A stretch of 64,000 nucleotides of DNA from an uncultured Tessaracoccus sp. (GCF_947255005.1 NZ_CAMYFI010000001.1:27591-91590), one strand, 5' to 3'; shown: positions 18,688 through 30,283, numbered from the stretch's first letter. Translations and numbers: made by a program. Notes: a model not told the origin generated them from the letters alone.

Positions 18688-20952
18688 TTGTGGTGCGTGG
18701 TAGACACAGTTTCGAACGCGATCAGCACTCCCGACCTGGAACAGCCCTACGCTGCCCTGGGCGTCAAGGATGACGAGTACGCGCGCATCCGTGAGATTCT
18801 TGGCCGCCGCCCCACCTCGGGTGAGCTCGCCATGTATTCGGTGATGTGGTCGGAACACTGCTCCTACAAGTCCTCCAAGGTGCACCTCAAGAAGTTTGGC
18901 GAGCTGAGCCAGGAGACGCCGCGCGGCCCGCTGCTCGCCGGCATCGGCGAGCAGGCAGGCGTCGTTGATGTGGGTCAGGGCTGGGCGGTCACCTTCAAGG
19001 CGGAGTCGCACAACCACCCCAGCTTCGTTGAGCCCTACCAAGGCGCCGCCACCGGCGTCGGCGGCATCGTGCGCGACATCCTCGCTATGGGTGCCCGCCC
19101 CATCGCGGTGATGGACTCGCTGCGCTTCGGCCCCCTCGACGACGATGACACCAAGCGCGTCCTGCCCGGCGTCGTCGCCGGCGTGGGCGGCTACGGGAAC
19201 TGCCTCGGTCTGCCCAACATCGGGGGAGAGGTGCAATTCCACGACACCTACCGGGCAAATCCGCTGGTCAACGCGTTCTGCGTCGGTGTGCTGCGCCACG
19301 AAGACCTGCACCTCGCGTTCGCGCGCGGCGTCGGCAACAAAGTGATCCTGTTCGGCTCGGCCACCGGCGGCGACGGCATTGGCGGCGCGTCGATCCTCGC
19401 GTCGGAGGCCTTCGACGAGGACGGCCCGACGAAGCGCCCCAGCGTGCAGGTGGGCGATCCGTTCATGGAGAAGCTGCTCATCGAGTGCACGCTCGAGCTG
19501 TTCGCCGAGGGCCTTATCTCCGGCATTCAAGACCTCGGCGCCGCCGGTATCTCGTGCGGCACGTCGGAGCTCGCGTCGGCCGGCGACGGCGGCATGCACA
19601 TCGAGCTCGACACGGTGCCGCTACGCGACCCGTCGCTGCTGCCCGAAGAGATTCTCATGAGCGAATCGCAGGAGCGCATGATGGCCGTCGTCGAGCCTGA
19701 CAAGGTTGCACGGTTCATGGAGATCTGCGCGAAGTGGGATGTGCAGGCCACCGTCATCGGTGAGGTCACCGACGGTGACCGCCTCGTGATCGACTGGCAC
19801 GGCGAGACCATCGTCGACGTCGACCCCACGACCGTCGCACACGATGGCCCCGTCTACGAGCGCCCCTACTGGCGCCCGGGATGGCTCGACGAAGTCAACG
19901 GCAACCGAGCCGAAGAGCTTCCGCGCGACAACTCATCCGAAGGGCTCAAGCGCGCCTTCCTCGACGTTCTCGCTCACCCCAATATCGCCGACAAAACGTG
20001 GATCACAAGGCAATACGACCGCTTCGTGCGCGGCAATTCCGTGATGGCGCAGCCAGATGACGCGGGCATGATCCGCATCGATGAGGAGACTGGCCTCGGC
20101 ATCGCGATGGCGATGGATGCCAACTCCCGCTTCACGTTCCTCAACCCCTACTTGGGCGCGCAGCTTTCGCTTGCCGAGGCCTACCGCAACGTCGCCGTCT
20201 CCGGCGCCGAACCCGTCGCGATCACCGACTGCCTCAACTACGGCAACCCGGAAAACCCTGAGATCATGTGGCAATTCGCCGAGACAGTGCTCGGGCTCGT
20301 CGACGGCTGCAGCGAGCTCGGCACTCCGGTCACCGGCGGTAACGTCTCGCTCTACAACTCCACAGGCGACACCGCTATCCTCCCGACGCCGACCATCGGC
20401 GTGGTTGGTGTCATCGACGACGTCGCCACCCGCATCAAGTCCGGTTTCCAGCACACCGGCGACGCCATCTGCCTGCTCGGCATCACCGACGAGGAACTCT
20501 CGGGTTCCATTTGGGAGACGCAGCTCCACGACGGGCACCTCGGCGGCATGCCACCCAAGGTGCGGTTGGCGGAAGAAAAGGCGCTCGCTGCGGTGTTCCA
20601 GTTGGCGGCCAAGGAGGGGCTGCTCACCTCGTCGCACGATCTGTCCGAGGGCGGGCTCGCCGTCGCGCTCGCGGAGTCCGCGTTCCGTTACGGCGCTGGC
20701 TTCGCTGTGACTCTGCCTGGGGAGGACGCCACCGTCGAGCTCTTCAGCGAATCCGCGGCACGCGCGCTCGCGTCGCTCTCCGGCGCCGACCTACCCCGCT
20801 TCGAAGAACTCTGCGCTGCCCACGGCGTACCCATCACGCGCATCGGCGAAGTGACCGGCGACAACCAGCTCGAGTTTGTCGGCCAGTTCTCCCTTCCCCT
20901 CGACGAGGCCCGCGCGGCCTGGGAAGCGCCGCTGCCCGCAACCTTCGGCTAA
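18688..20952 (+). CDS. purL: Phosphoribosylformylglycinamidine synthase II
   Basis: [15 protein letters not shown] and GLPNIGGEV motifs. Length 754 aa. Confidence 0.9.
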   Translation: MWCVVDTVSNAISTPDLEQPYAALGVKDDEYARIREILGRRPTSGELAMYSVMWSEHCSYKSSKVHLKKFGELSQETPRGPLLAGIGEQAGVVDVGQGWAVTFKAESHNHPSFVEPYQGAATGVGGIVRDILAMGARPIAVMDSLRFGPLDDDDTKRVLPGVVAGVGGYGNCLGLPNIGGEVQFHDTYRANPLVNAFCVGVLRHEDLHLAFARGVGNKVILFGSATGGDGIGGASILASEAFDEDGPTKRPSVQVGDPFMEKLLIECTLELFAEGLISGIQDLGAAGISCGTSELASAGDGGMHIELDTVPLRDPSLLPEEILMSESQERMMAVVEPDKVARFMEICAKWDVQATVIGEVTDGDRLVIDWHGETIVDVDPTTVAHDGPVYERPYWRPGWLDEVNGNRAEELPRDNSSEGLKRAFLDVLAHPNIADKTWITRQYDRFVRGNSVMAQPDDAGMIRIDEETGLGIAMAMDANSRFTFLNPYLGAQLSLAEAYRNVAVSGAEPVAITDCLNYGNPENPEIMWQFAETVLGLVDGCSELGTPVTGGNVSLYNSTGDTAILPTPTIGVVGVIDDVATRIKSGFQHTGDAICLLGITDEELSGSIWETQLHDGHLGGMPPKVRLAEEKALAAVFQLAAKEGLLTSSHDLSEGGLAVALAESAFRYGAGFAVTLPGEDATVELFSESAARALASLSGADLPRFEELCAAHGVPITRIGEVTGDNQLEFVGQFSLPLDEARAAWEAPLPATFG

Positions 20953-20962
20953 CGCGCGCGGT

Positions 20963-21937
20963 TCAGAACGTCCCGAACATCAGTCTGCCCACCAGGGCAG
21001 CCGAGAGGATGCACACCACGAGCGTGAGCGGCATGAAGCGCATCGCGAACTTCGTGCCGAACGCGCCGCTTTGCATCGCGAACAGTTTGATGTCCACCAT
21101 CGGGCCCACGACGAGAAACGCCAGCTGGGCGGTGGGGGAGACCGTCGTGAGTGACGAGACGACGAACGCGTCGGCCTCGGAACACAGCGAGAGCGCGACG
21201 GCCAACGCCGCCATGACGAGAATGGCGAGCCACGGGTTCTCCGTCAGCGTCGCGAGCACGCCCGCGGGCACGAACACCTTCAGCGCGGCCGCGGCGGCGG
21301 CACCCACGACGAGAAAACCGCCGGCCTGCAGCAGGTCGTGCATCGCGGTCTCGCGGAAGATGTCCGCCTTGGACTGCCTTTCGTGCCCGTGCCCTGATTG
21401 CGGTTTCATCCATTCCTGCTTTCCGACAGCGATCCACACCCAGCCGATCACCACGACGGCGAGCAGCGATGCCGCGAGTCGCGCCCAGACCATCATGGGG
21501 TTGCCCTGGAAGGCCACTGCGGTGGCCACCAGCACGATGGGGTTCACGGCAGGGGCGGCCAGCAGAAACGCCAACGCTGCCGCCTGCGAGAGTCCGCGGC
21601 GCATGAGCGACTGCGAGACGGGCACCGACGCGCACTCGCACCCCGGCAGCACCATGCCTGCGGCACCGGCGGTGGGGACGGCGAGCCACGGCGAGCGGGG
21701 CGTCACCTTCGCGAGCACGTCCTTCGGCATCCACGCCGCGATGGCGCCGGAGACGACGACGCCCAGCACGAGGAACGGCAAGGCTTGCACGACGATGGCA
21801 AGCAGCAGCGTGCCGAATGTCGAGGCGGCGCCAGTCAGTTCGATCATCGGGCCGGTGGCGTCGAGCGTGCGAAGCATCGCCAGGAGCGCGAGGACGGCGA
21901 CGAAGGGCGCGAGCCAAATGCGTAGGAAACTGCTCAT
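20963..21937 (-). CDS. UPF0718/YraQ-family permease (start MSSFLRIW within the longer ORF)
   Basis: Multi-TM protein with a CEC motif (GCECASVP). Overlaps the stop of the upstream DUF1980 gene. Confidence 0.7.
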   Translation of the reverse strand: MSSFLRIWLAPFVAVLALLAMLRTLDATGPMIELTGAASTFGTLLLAIVVQALPFLVLGVVVSGAIAAWMPKDVLAKVTPRSPWLAVPTAGAAGMVLPGCECASVPVSQSLMRRGLSQAAALAFLLAAPAVNPIVLVATAVAFQGNPMMVWARLAASLLAVVVIGWVWIAVGKQEWMKPQSGHGHERQSKADIFRETAMHDLLQAGGFLVVGAAAAAALKVFVPAGVLATLTENPWLAILVMAALAVALSLCSEADAFVVSSLTTVSPTAQLAFLVVGPMVDIKLFAMQSGAFGTKFAMRFMPLTLVVCILSAALVGRLMFGTF

Positions 21938-22722
21938 AGGTACGGCTCCGCGGGCTCGTCGACGATCTTGACGTCTACGGCGCTCAGCACGGGATAATCT
22001 TTGCTGGCCTGCTCGTCGAGGAAGCCTTCCACCTCGACCCACACGTTCTCGCCTTCGGGCATGTCCGCGCCCGTGACCGCCACGCTGAACAGGTTGGCGT
22101 CGGCGGCGCAGCAGTAGATGCGGAAGCGGTTGACCGTCCACTGATCGTCCGCAAGTTCGCTGGGCTTGGAGACGAATCCGAGCATCCGCACACGCTTGTC
22201 GACGAGGTCTTCGGGACGTCCCCAGACGAATCGGTCGGAGTAGTCCTGCACGGTGAGGTCGGTGAGCCCCTGCGTCGGAAGCGGCTCAAAGTCGATGGTG
22301 TCGTGTTTGGCCACCTGGGCGCTCTCTAATGCGGGCCGCTTGGCGGCGGCGTCGGTGCCGAGCGCGGCAGGAGCAGCCAGCGCGAAGACGAGTGCGGGCA
22401 CGAGCAAGAATCCGGCCACCCGCGGGGTGCCGTGGTGGTGGGGCTCAGCCACGTCGGCCTGTTCGCAGGCTTCCGCGTTCGCGGTGTCCTCGACCTCGGC
22501 GAGGGCGTCGCTGGCGCCCAGCAGCGTCCAGATGCCGAGCGCGACCATCGCGATGACCGCAGCGAGGAGATAGGGCTTGAACCACGGCTGGAGGTAGTTG
22601 GTGTAGCTGCCGGAGGTGAGCATTCCGAACACGACGGTGGCAAGGGCTAACACGCACGTTGCGCCGAGCGATTGTGCCGTCGCGGACTTGCGGGTCGCGG
22701 CAAGAGCAGAGGGTGAAGACAT
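21934..22722 (-). CDS. TIGR03943/DUF1980-family membrane protein, usual partner of the UPF0718 permease (YcgQ/YcgR-like pair)
   Basis: Two N-terminal TM helices, His-rich linker (HHHG), C-terminal domain with a CC motif. Shares an operon with the permease. Confidence 0.65.
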   Translation of the reverse strand: MSSPSALAATRKSATAQSLGATCVLALATVVFGMLTSGSYTNYLQPWFKPYLLAAVIAMVALGIWTLLGASDALAEVEDTANAEACEQADVAEPHHHGTPRVAGFLLVPALVFALAAPAALGTDAAAKRPALESAQVAKHDTIDFEPLPTQGLTDLTVQDYSDRFVWGRPEDLVDKRVRMLGFVSKPSELADDQWTVNRFRIYCCAADANLFSVAVTGADMPEGENVWVEVEGFLDEQASKDYPVLSAVDVKIVDEPAEPYL

Positions 22723-22797
22723 GACGTTTCCAATACTGGCACGTGGCCCGGCCCCGGCGCGATGAAGCTTGCCGGAGCCGGGCCACGCGGGGGTGGG

Positions 22798-25700
22798 TTA
22801 CTTGTTGCGACGGCCGATCAGCACGGCACCTGCCATCAGCGCGAGCATGAAGATCGCGCCGGTGGAGGCATCCGCACCAGTCTTCGGCATGCCGGGCTTC
22901 GGCTTATCCTTGCCTCGACTGCCCTGGTCACCTTGACCATCCTGGTCATCCTGACCGTCCTTGTTGCCTTGGTCGTCAGGAGTCGGGGCCTGCTGATCCC
23001 CGCTGGGCACGAACGGGATACCCGCCGGCACGTTGGTGTCGAGGCTCAGAGCGTTGACGATCGTGTAGTGGAGGTCGGTCTGGTCGGTGAAACCGAGGAC
23101 ATTCTCCGCCGACGGGCCCTGTGCTGCGATGCGCAGTTGAGCGCCGGTGTGCGTCGAAGCCGAGTTCTTCACCGCAGCCTCGTTGGTGGGAGCAGAAGCG
23201 TAGTTCACGCTCATCTCGTGGCCGTCAGCCGTGCGAAGCTTCGTCACGAGGCCCGAGGTGAGGACGCTGTTCTGCACGATCTGCGAGGTGTGTGCGTGGT
23301 CGGCGGTCACGACGATGAGCGTGGGCTCCTGGTTCTCAGCCACCCACTTGCGGGCCACCTGCACGGCCTGGTCGAGGTCGTCGAGCTCGCCGATCTGGCC
23401 ACAGATGTCGGAATCGTGGTCGGCCTTGTCGATCGACGCGCCCTCCACCTGCAGGAAGAAGCCCTTGTCGTTCTTCAGCAGGTCGAGCGCCTTACCGGTC
23501 ATGTCAGCCATGGTGGGCACATTGTCGGAGCGCTCGGGGTTGAGCTTGCACTCCTCGGGGCCCTTTTTAGCGCCGTCCTCAGTCGGCACGCTGCGCAGGA
23601 AGTGGCGCGGCATGCTGCCCGATGAGAAGAGGCCGAGCACCGGAGTGCTCTGGTCGGCAGCGGTGACGGCGTCGAGCTCAGCCTTGCTGGTGACCACCTT
23701 GTAGCCGTTGGCCTTGGCGTTCTCGACGACGCTCTTGCCAGCCATCCACTCGGTGGAGCCGGCCTTGCCGCTCACCTGCACGGTCTGGTCGAAGGCCTTG
23801 GCGCCGCCACCCAGGGTGACGTCGGCGCGGGTGTCAACGAGCTGCTCGGAGATGGAGCCGAGACCGCCGTTCTCGCGGTACTGACCCTCGGTCGCGCCGG
23901 TCTGGCAGGAGCTGGAGTTCTTCTCCTTCTCCGGGCCGTAGCATTTGCGGTTCAGCGCGTGCGAGCCCATGACGGCCGGGGTGGCGTCTTGGATCTCGGA
24001 GGTGGTCACGTTGCCGGTTTTCATACCCTTCGCCTTCGCCATCTCCAGCAGGTTGGCGTGCGGGGTGCCGTCGAGGCCGACGCTCACGCCACCGTTGTAG
24101 GTCTTGGTGCCGGTGGCCCAGCCGGTGCCCGACGCGGCGGAGTCCGTCACGTAGGAGGGCTTGCCGGTCTTCGGATCCAGCGCCCAGTGGGTGTAGGAGC
24201 CGGTGTAGTCGAGCGCGTCGACGCCGGGAAGACGGCCGTTGGCGCCGTAGAGGTAGTTACGGGCGGAGGTGATCTCCTGGTCGCCCATGCCGTCGCCGAT
24301 GAACAAGATGACGTTCTTGGCCTGCTCCTTGGAGCGCTGCTGGCCCTCGGCGCCGTACTGGCCACACTCGCCCGGCTCGGGAGCGACGACATTACCGTTC
24401 CCGTCCACTTTGAAGCAGGTCTCGTTCGGGTTCGAAGCGGCGACGGGCTTCTTCAGCGTCGCGTCGGTAGCGCTCTGTTTCTTGTTGGGGTTGAGGTCCA
24501 GTGCGCTCAGCAGGGTGTAGAAGAGGTCGGTCTGGTCGGTCTGGCCGATGACGTTTTCTTCACCCGGGCCGAAGGCAGCCACACGGAGCTGGGCGCCGGT
24601 GTGTTGGGTGGAGCCGTTGGCGATCTGGTCGGTGGGGATGGTTCCGTACGAGACGGTCATCGGAGCGCCGTCAGCGGTCATCACGCGAGCGGTGGCGGAC
24701 ACGTTGTCAGCCTCGTCGTAGACGATCTGCGTGGTGTGTGAGTGGTCGGCAGTCACGACGACGAGCGTGTTGCCGTCCTTCTTCGCAAAGTCGAGCGCAG
24801 CCTTGGTCACCTCGTCGAGACGCTCGGTCTCGCCGATCTGGCCGCAGATGTCGGAGCCATGGGCGCGCTTATCAATAGAAGCGGACTCAATCTGGAGGAA
24901 GAAGCCTTTCTCGGCCTTGGGGTCGTCGAGGAGCTCGATGGCCTTGTTCGCCATGAGAGGGAGCTCAGGCTGGGTGCCGATGTCCTGTTTCTCACAGGTA
25001 TGCGGAGCCTTCTTCGCACCGCCCACTTCCGCCTGGTACGGGGCGAAGCGGGTGGTCATGTTGCCGTCGTGGAACAGGCCGAGAACGGGGTTGTCCCGAT
25101 CGGCCTTCGTCACAGCGGAGAGCTCGTCGGCGGTGGTGACCACCTGGAAGCCATTGTCCTTGGCGTTCTCGAGCACCGACTTGCCGGCGGTCCACTCGGT
25201 CTGCTTGATGCCATCCACGCCGGTGAGGAACGGGTTGCGGCCGGGGCCGCTCTCCTGCACGATCTGGTTGAAGGCCTTGGCGCCGCCACCGAGAGTGACG
25301 TCGGCCCGAGTTTCGACGAGCTGCTCGGAGATGGAGCCGAGGCCGCCGTTCTCGCGGTACTGCTGGTTGTAGAAGTCGCCGAAGCAACCCTTATTGCCTT
25401 CCTTCGTGTTCTCCGGGCCGTAGCACTTGCGGCCGACTGCGTGGGAGCCCATGCCCGCCGGGGTAGCGTCCTGAATCTCAGACGTGGAGACGTTGCCGGT
25501 GCGCATGCCGGCCTTCTTGGCGATCTCGATCAAGTTCTCGACGGGTTTGCCGTCGATCTGGATGCCGAGCGCGCCATTGTACGTCTTGGTGCCGGTCGAC
25601 CATGCGGTGGCGGAAGCGGCGGAGTCCGTCACGTAGTTGAACTTGCCGCTGGCGTCGATGGAGTGGTGGGTGTACATGCCCTCCGAGGTGAGCTCGTCGA

Positions 25701-26039
25701 TGCCCTCGAAGCGGCCTGCCGCACCCTTGAGGTAGTTGCGGGCAGCGGTGATTTCCTGCTGGCCCATGCCGTCGCCGATGATGAGGATCACGTTGCGAGC
25801 GGTGGCGTCGGTGCGGCCCTGGCCGGCCTTGCCGAATTGGGCGCAGTCGCCAGGCCCAGGAGCCGTGACGTTGCCGTCCGCGTCGATGGTGACACAGTTT
25901 TCAGGACCGTTGTAGGAGCGGGTCGTGGGCGCACTGGCCGCGTCGCCGGGGGACGCAGTCATCGCCAGCGAACCGATCATGCCGGTCAGCGTGAGCGCGG
26001 CCAGCGAAGCCGTGCGACGCTTGGATGAACGATGAGACA
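22798..26039 (-). CDS. phoA: Cell-wall-anchored tandem alkaline phosphatase (two complete PhoA catalytic domains in one ~1080-aa protein)
   Basis: Signal peptide MSHRSSKRRTASLAALTL. Two copies of the active-site region: YVTDSAASATAWSTGTKTYNG and YVTDSAASGTGWATGTKTYNG, each with ADHSHT. C-terminal sorting signal MPKTG, then a hydrophobic stretch, then RRNK. Confidence 0.85.
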
Positions 26040-26339
26040 TGGGTCGCCTTTCTTGCAGCTCGGATGTTGGGAACAACATCTCGTTGAGGTCCCCTCCATC
26101 CCATCGCCCGCAATCAACCAATGCCCGCACAACAGATGACCATTTGGTGAACAATTGGAAACTTGGGAACACAGGGATGACAAGTGCAAACGGGTGTCCA
26201 GCAGCGATGTGTACTTCCGTTGTTCACCTAGCGTGGGCTTGTTGCGAATCGATGTCAGTACCTCTCGCGGAGGGCCGGTCTGCGCGCAGATTGCACGTCG
26301 GAGCCCCGTTGTTCGGCTGAGGGCACTAGGCTGCGAGAG

Positions 26340-27674
26340 GTGAACATCTCCGAAGCATCTGCACGTGTCCTGCCCGGCGTTCTTGACGACCTCAAGCGTC
26401 TCGTCGCTATCCCTTCCATCTCTTCCCTGCCCGAGCATCACGACGACGTGGTAGCCGCTAGTGAAGAAGTGGCTCGACTCATCCGTGAGGCCGGAGCCGC
26501 TGAGGTTCGCTTCCTGGAAGCGGGTGGCAAACCCGCCGTCTACGCGCACTTCCCGGCCCCCGAAGGCCAGCCCACGGTGCTGCTCTACTCCCACTACGAC
26601 GTCCAGCCCACCGGCGATGTCGCGCAGTGGAGCTCGAACCCGTTCGAGGCCACCGAGCGCGACGGGCGATTGTTTGGCCGAGGCACCGCCGACGACAAGG
26701 GCGGCGTGGCCGTGCACCTGGCCGCGCTGCGCGCCTTCGACGGCAAGCCGCCGGTGGGAGTCAAGCTGCTCATCGAGGGAGAGGAGGAGCAGGGCTCCCC
26801 GACGATGTCCGCCATCCTCGATAAGTACCCCGACGAAACCAGCGCCGACGTGTTCGTGATCGCGGACGCCACCAACTGGGAGGTGGGAACGCCGTCGCTC
26901 ACCACCATGCTGCGCGGCCTCGTCGACGCCACCGTCACGGTGAAGACACTCGAGACCCCGATGCACTCCGGCGCCTACGGCGGTGTGGTTCCCGACGCGC
27001 TCACCGCGCTGTGCCGCCTCATGGCAACGCTCCACGACGAGCGAGGCAACGTCGCGATTGAGGGTCTGGTGAGCTCCGACGACGTGGCCGTCGACTACTC
27101 CGACGAACGCCTGCGCGAGGAGACCGGCCTGCTCGACGGCGTCGAACTCATCGGCGACGGGCCTGCCGCCGCGCGCCTGTGGACCAAGCCGACGGCCTCC
27201 GTGCTCGCCATCGACGCCACCCCGGTCAAAGACGTGTCGAACGTGCTTGTTGCGAGCGCGCGCGCCGTCGTGAGCGTGCGGATTGCGCCCACCGACGACC
27301 CGGAACACGCCAGCGAAGCGCTGAAGAAACACCTCCTCGAGCACGCGCCGTGGGGCGCGCACGTGGAGGTGGAAGCCGGGCGCGGCGGTTCCGGCAGCTT
27401 CCTCGAACTCACCGACGATCGCGCCCAGGCTGCCGTCGCGGCCTTCCGGGAAGCCTTCGGCAAGGAGCCCGTCGAAATGGGCTGCGGCGGATCCATCCCG
27501 ATCGTTGCCGACTTCTCCAGCCGCAACCCGGACGCGCTCGTGCTCGTCACCGCAGTCGTCGACCCGTACTCACGGATGCACGGCATCAACGAGTCGCTCG
27601 GCCTCGACGACTTCGGCAAAGCCTGCCACGCTGAGGCGCAGCTCCTGGCCAACCTCGCGGAGGTCCAGGCATGA
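26340..27674 (+). CDS. M20-family metallopeptidase (dipeptidase/desuccinylase-like)
   Basis: HYDVQP and GRGTADDKGG motifs. GTG start. Length 444 aa. Confidence 0.8.
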   Translation: MNISEASARVLPGVLDDLKRLVAIPSISSLPEHHDDVVAASEEVARLIREAGAAEVRFLEAGGKPAVYAHFPAPEGQPTVLLYSHYDVQPTGDVAQWSSNPFEATERDGRLFGRGTADDKGGVAVHLAALRAFDGKPPVGVKLLIEGEEEQGSPTMSAILDKYPDETSADVFVIADATNWEVGTPSLTTMLRGLVDATVTVKTLETPMHSGAYGGVVPDALTALCRLMATLHDERGNVAIEGLVSSDDVAVDYSDERLREETGLLDGVELIGDGPAAARLWTKPTASVLAIDATPVKDVSNVLVASARAVVSVRIAPTDDPEHASEALKKHLLEHAPWGAHVEVEAGRGGSGSFLELTDDRAQAAVAAFREAFGKEPVEMGCGGSIPIVADFSSRNPDALVLVTAVVDPYSRMHGINESLGLDDFGKACHAEAQLLANLAEVQA

Positions 27675-29152
27675 GCCGCATCGAACGCGACTCGCTCGGC
27701 GAGCTGGAGATTCCTTCCGACGTCTACTGGGGCGTGCACACCGCCAGGGCCGTCGAAAATTTCCCCATCAGCAAGCGCGCGATCGGCGTGTATCCCGACC
27801 TCATCCGTGCCTTCGCGCAGGTGAAACAGGCCGCGGCACGCGCCAACGCCGACCTCGGTGAACTCGACGACGAACGCGCCGGCTACATCGACCAAGCCTG
27901 CCAAGACATCATCGACGGACGCCTGCAAGACCAGTTCGTCGTCGGGGTCATTCAGGGTGGGGCCGGCACCAGCACGAATATGAACGTGAACGAGGTGATC
28001 GCAAACCGGGCGTTGGAGATCGCTGGCCACCCCAAGGGTGACTACGCGTTCATCCATCCCATCGATCACGTGAACCGCGCGCAGTCCACCAACGACTCGT
28101 ACCCGTCGGCGGTGAAGCTCGCCATCGCGGCGGCCATCAAGAAACTCATCGCGGAAGTGCAGCTGCTGCAGTACTCGTTCCATCTGAAGGGCCGCGAGTT
28201 TCGCCATGTGCTGAAGGTGGGGCGCACCCAGCTGCAAGACGCCGTGCCCATGACTCTCGGGCAGGAATTTCACGGGTTTTCCACCACCCTCGCCCAGGAC
28301 ATCGAGCGTCTCCAAGGTCTCCTTCCGCTGCTGTTCAGCCTTAATCTCGGCGCGACGGCGATTGGCACCGGCATCAACGCGCACGTCGATTACGCCCCCG
28401 CGGTGATGCAACACCTGCGCGCCATCACGGGCGAAGCTGGCCTGTCCACCGCGCGTGACCTCATTGAGGCGACGAGCGACACCGGCGTGTTCATGTCCAC
28501 GTCGGCGGTGGTGAAGCGCGCCGCCATGAAGGTCAGCAAGATCTGCAACGACCTCCGTCTGCTCTCTTCCGGCCCGCAGGCAGGCTTGGGTGAGATCAAT
28601 CTACCCGCCCGTCAGGCTGGTTCGTCGATCATGCCAGGCAAGGTCAACCCGGTGATCCCGGAGGCGGTATCGCAGGTGGCGTACGTCGTCGCGGGCTCGG
28701 ATGTGACGGTGGCGATGGCCTCCGAGGCTGGGCAGCTGCAGCTCAACGCCTTCGAACCCGTGATGGCGCACGTCATTTTGCAGAACACGACGTGGCTGCG
28801 CCGGGCTATCCGGACGCTACGCATCAATTGCGTCGACGGCATCACCGCCAACGAGGAGCACCTGGCGGAGATGGTCAAGAACTCCGTGGGCGTCGTGACT
28901 GCGCTGTCGCCCGCCATCGGCTACCAAGCCGCTGCCGACGTCGCGAAGGCCGCGCTACGGGGCGAAGGTACCGTGAGGGAACTCGTCGTGCAGCGCGGGC
29001 TGCTCGACGAAGCGCAGGTGGACGCCATGATGAACCCGGCCCAGCTGTCGAATCAGGGGCCGGAAACTCAGACGATGCCCAAGCTCACGCCCGAACTCAT
29101 CGCCGCGATTGAAAGCGACCTCGACTCCGCGGATCGCTTCGAACACTACTGA
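27671..29152 (+). CDS. aspA: Aspartate ammonia-lyase (fumarase/aspartase superfamily; aspartase favoured over FumC)
   Basis: GGAGTSTNMNVNEV and signature GSSIMPGKVNP. N-terminal ...VENFPIS resembles the aspartase NFYIS region. Confidence 0.65.
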   Translation: MSRIERDSLGELEIPSDVYWGVHTARAVENFPISKRAIGVYPDLIRAFAQVKQAAARANADLGELDDERAGYIDQACQDIIDGRLQDQFVVGVIQGGAGTSTNMNVNEVIANRALEIAGHPKGDYAFIHPIDHVNRAQSTNDSYPSAVKLAIAAAIKKLIAEVQLLQYSFHLKGREFRHVLKVGRTQLQDAVPMTLGQEFHGFSTTLAQDIERLQGLLPLLFSLNLGATAIGTGINAHVDYAPAVMQHLRAITGEAGLSTARDLIEATSDTGVFMSTSAVVKRAAMKVSKICNDLRLLSSGPQAGLGEINLPARQAGSSIMPGKVNPVIPEAVSQVAYVVAGSDVTVAMASEAGQLQLNAFEPVMAHVILQNTTWLRRAIRTLRINCVDGITANEEHLAEMVKNSVGVVTALSPAIGYQAAADVAKAALRGEGTVRELVVQRGLLDEAQVDAMMNPAQLSNQGPETQTMPKLTPELIAAIESDLDSADRFEHY

Positions 29153-29445
29153 GCCAGTGGCGACTTGGACGCGAGCGGGCGTTGCCTCGTGTCCAAGTCT
29201 TGCTCAATGAGTTCGGCGATTGCCCTCGCCGCAGACTCGTCCTCGCTCATGACCGTCACCGCTGCACCGTGCTCTGCGCCGAGCGACATGATCATGAGCG
29301 GGGAACTCGCAACGACGGACTGGCCGTTGTGGGTCAAGATGACGGAAGCGTCGAGTGTCTGGGCAGCCTGGGCAATGATGCGAGCCGGGCGTGCGTGCAG
29401 CCCAATGGTCGATCCGACGGTGACGATCATCTCAGTCATTGCCTT
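29146..29445 (-). CDS. ptsH: Phosphocarrier protein HPr
   Basis: MTEMIVTVGSTIGLHARPA carries the His-15 motif. About 99 aa. Confidence 0.75.
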   Translation of the reverse strand, partial: KAMTEMIVTVGSTIGLHARPARIIAQAAQTLDASVILTHNGQSVVASSPLMIMSLGAEHGAAVTVMSEDESAARAIAELIEQDLDTRQRPLASKSPLAQ

Positions 29446-29680
29446 CTCCCTTCTGCTGTGAATTGTGTGTCGTTCTCTGCCGCGCTGCGTGAACGAGACG
29501 TTAGGCCAATGTGTACACCACCGATGCAAATGGGGTGTGCGGCGATCATTGCCAATCCCAATTATCCCCCAAAGAGATGTGTCTGGGTAATCGGGGTGGT
29601 CCAGGCTCCATTTGGCGGTTTGGAAGAGAGCCGAGAAGTCAATACCCTGGGTATGTAAAACCGACGGTATTGGAGTGCTC

Positions 29681-30283
29681 ATGGTCACCAGGCCTACCCG
29701 CAGCGAGGTGCAGCATGAGCTGCTGCGCTCCGCAGAAGCAGTATTCTCCGAACAGGGCTATCAGCGGGCGAGCCTCAACCAAATTGCGGAGCGCGCCGGA
29801 TTCACCAAGGGCGCGGTGTACTCGAACTTCAAATCCAAACCCGAACTGTACGTCGCCACCTGTGAGCGGTGGATTATGGCGTCGGTGCAGAACCTGCAGC
29901 CCCGCCTCAGCGCTGCTATCGAGGGCGTCGACGAGTTGGAGCTCATCGCGGAACGCCTGGCGGAAGTATTAGTGGAACAGATCCCCGATGCCGTGATCCA
30001 CCAGCGCACGCTTGCCGAATTTCGTCTGCTTGCTGTTCATGCTGACGGGGTGCGCGAGGGATACGCCACACTGCTGGAGCGGCGCATGGCTATGGTTGAG
30101 GATGTGCTCGCAGGCCATCCCCTGACGAGCGGATACAGTGAGGAGCGGCGTCGAAACATCGCCTTCGGCGCACTCACCATGCTCACTTCGTTGACGATGG
30201 AATGTGTGGCGGCGCCCGCCGTCGTATCGTTTTCCCTGGCGCGCGAAGCGTTGGCCCGATGCCTGAAAGGACTGCTCGCATGA
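29681..30283 (+). CDS. TetR-family transcriptional regulator
   Basis: HTH motif NQIAERAGFTKGAVYSNFKSKPELY. Confidence 0.8.
   Translation: MVTRPTRSEVQHELLRSAEAVFSEQGYQRASLNQIAERAGFTKGAVYSNFKSKPELYVATCERWIMASVQNLQPRLSAAIEGVDELELIAERLAEVLVEQIPDAVIHQRTLAEFRLLAVHADGVREGYATLLERRMAMVEDVLAGHPLTSGYSEERRRNIAFGALTMLTSLTMECVAAPAVVSFSLAREALARCLKGLLA

Noticed and set aside
20511-21971. 486-aa Arg/Ala-rich ORF on the + strand (and the 322-aa ORF 20949-21917 on the - strand)
   Set aside because: These are antisense or shifted-frame ORFs over the UPF0718 permease gene. The composition (RRAPRR...) is typical of out-of-frame reading in high-GC DNA, and the permease frame has clear TM periodicity.
24742-26028. 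428-aa plus-strand ORF inside the phoA gene, and the 31374-32867 and 45731-47065 antisense ORFs inside the YhgE/Pip and glgP genes
   Set aside because: These are antisense, composition-driven ORFs. Their sense partners carry unambiguous family motifs.
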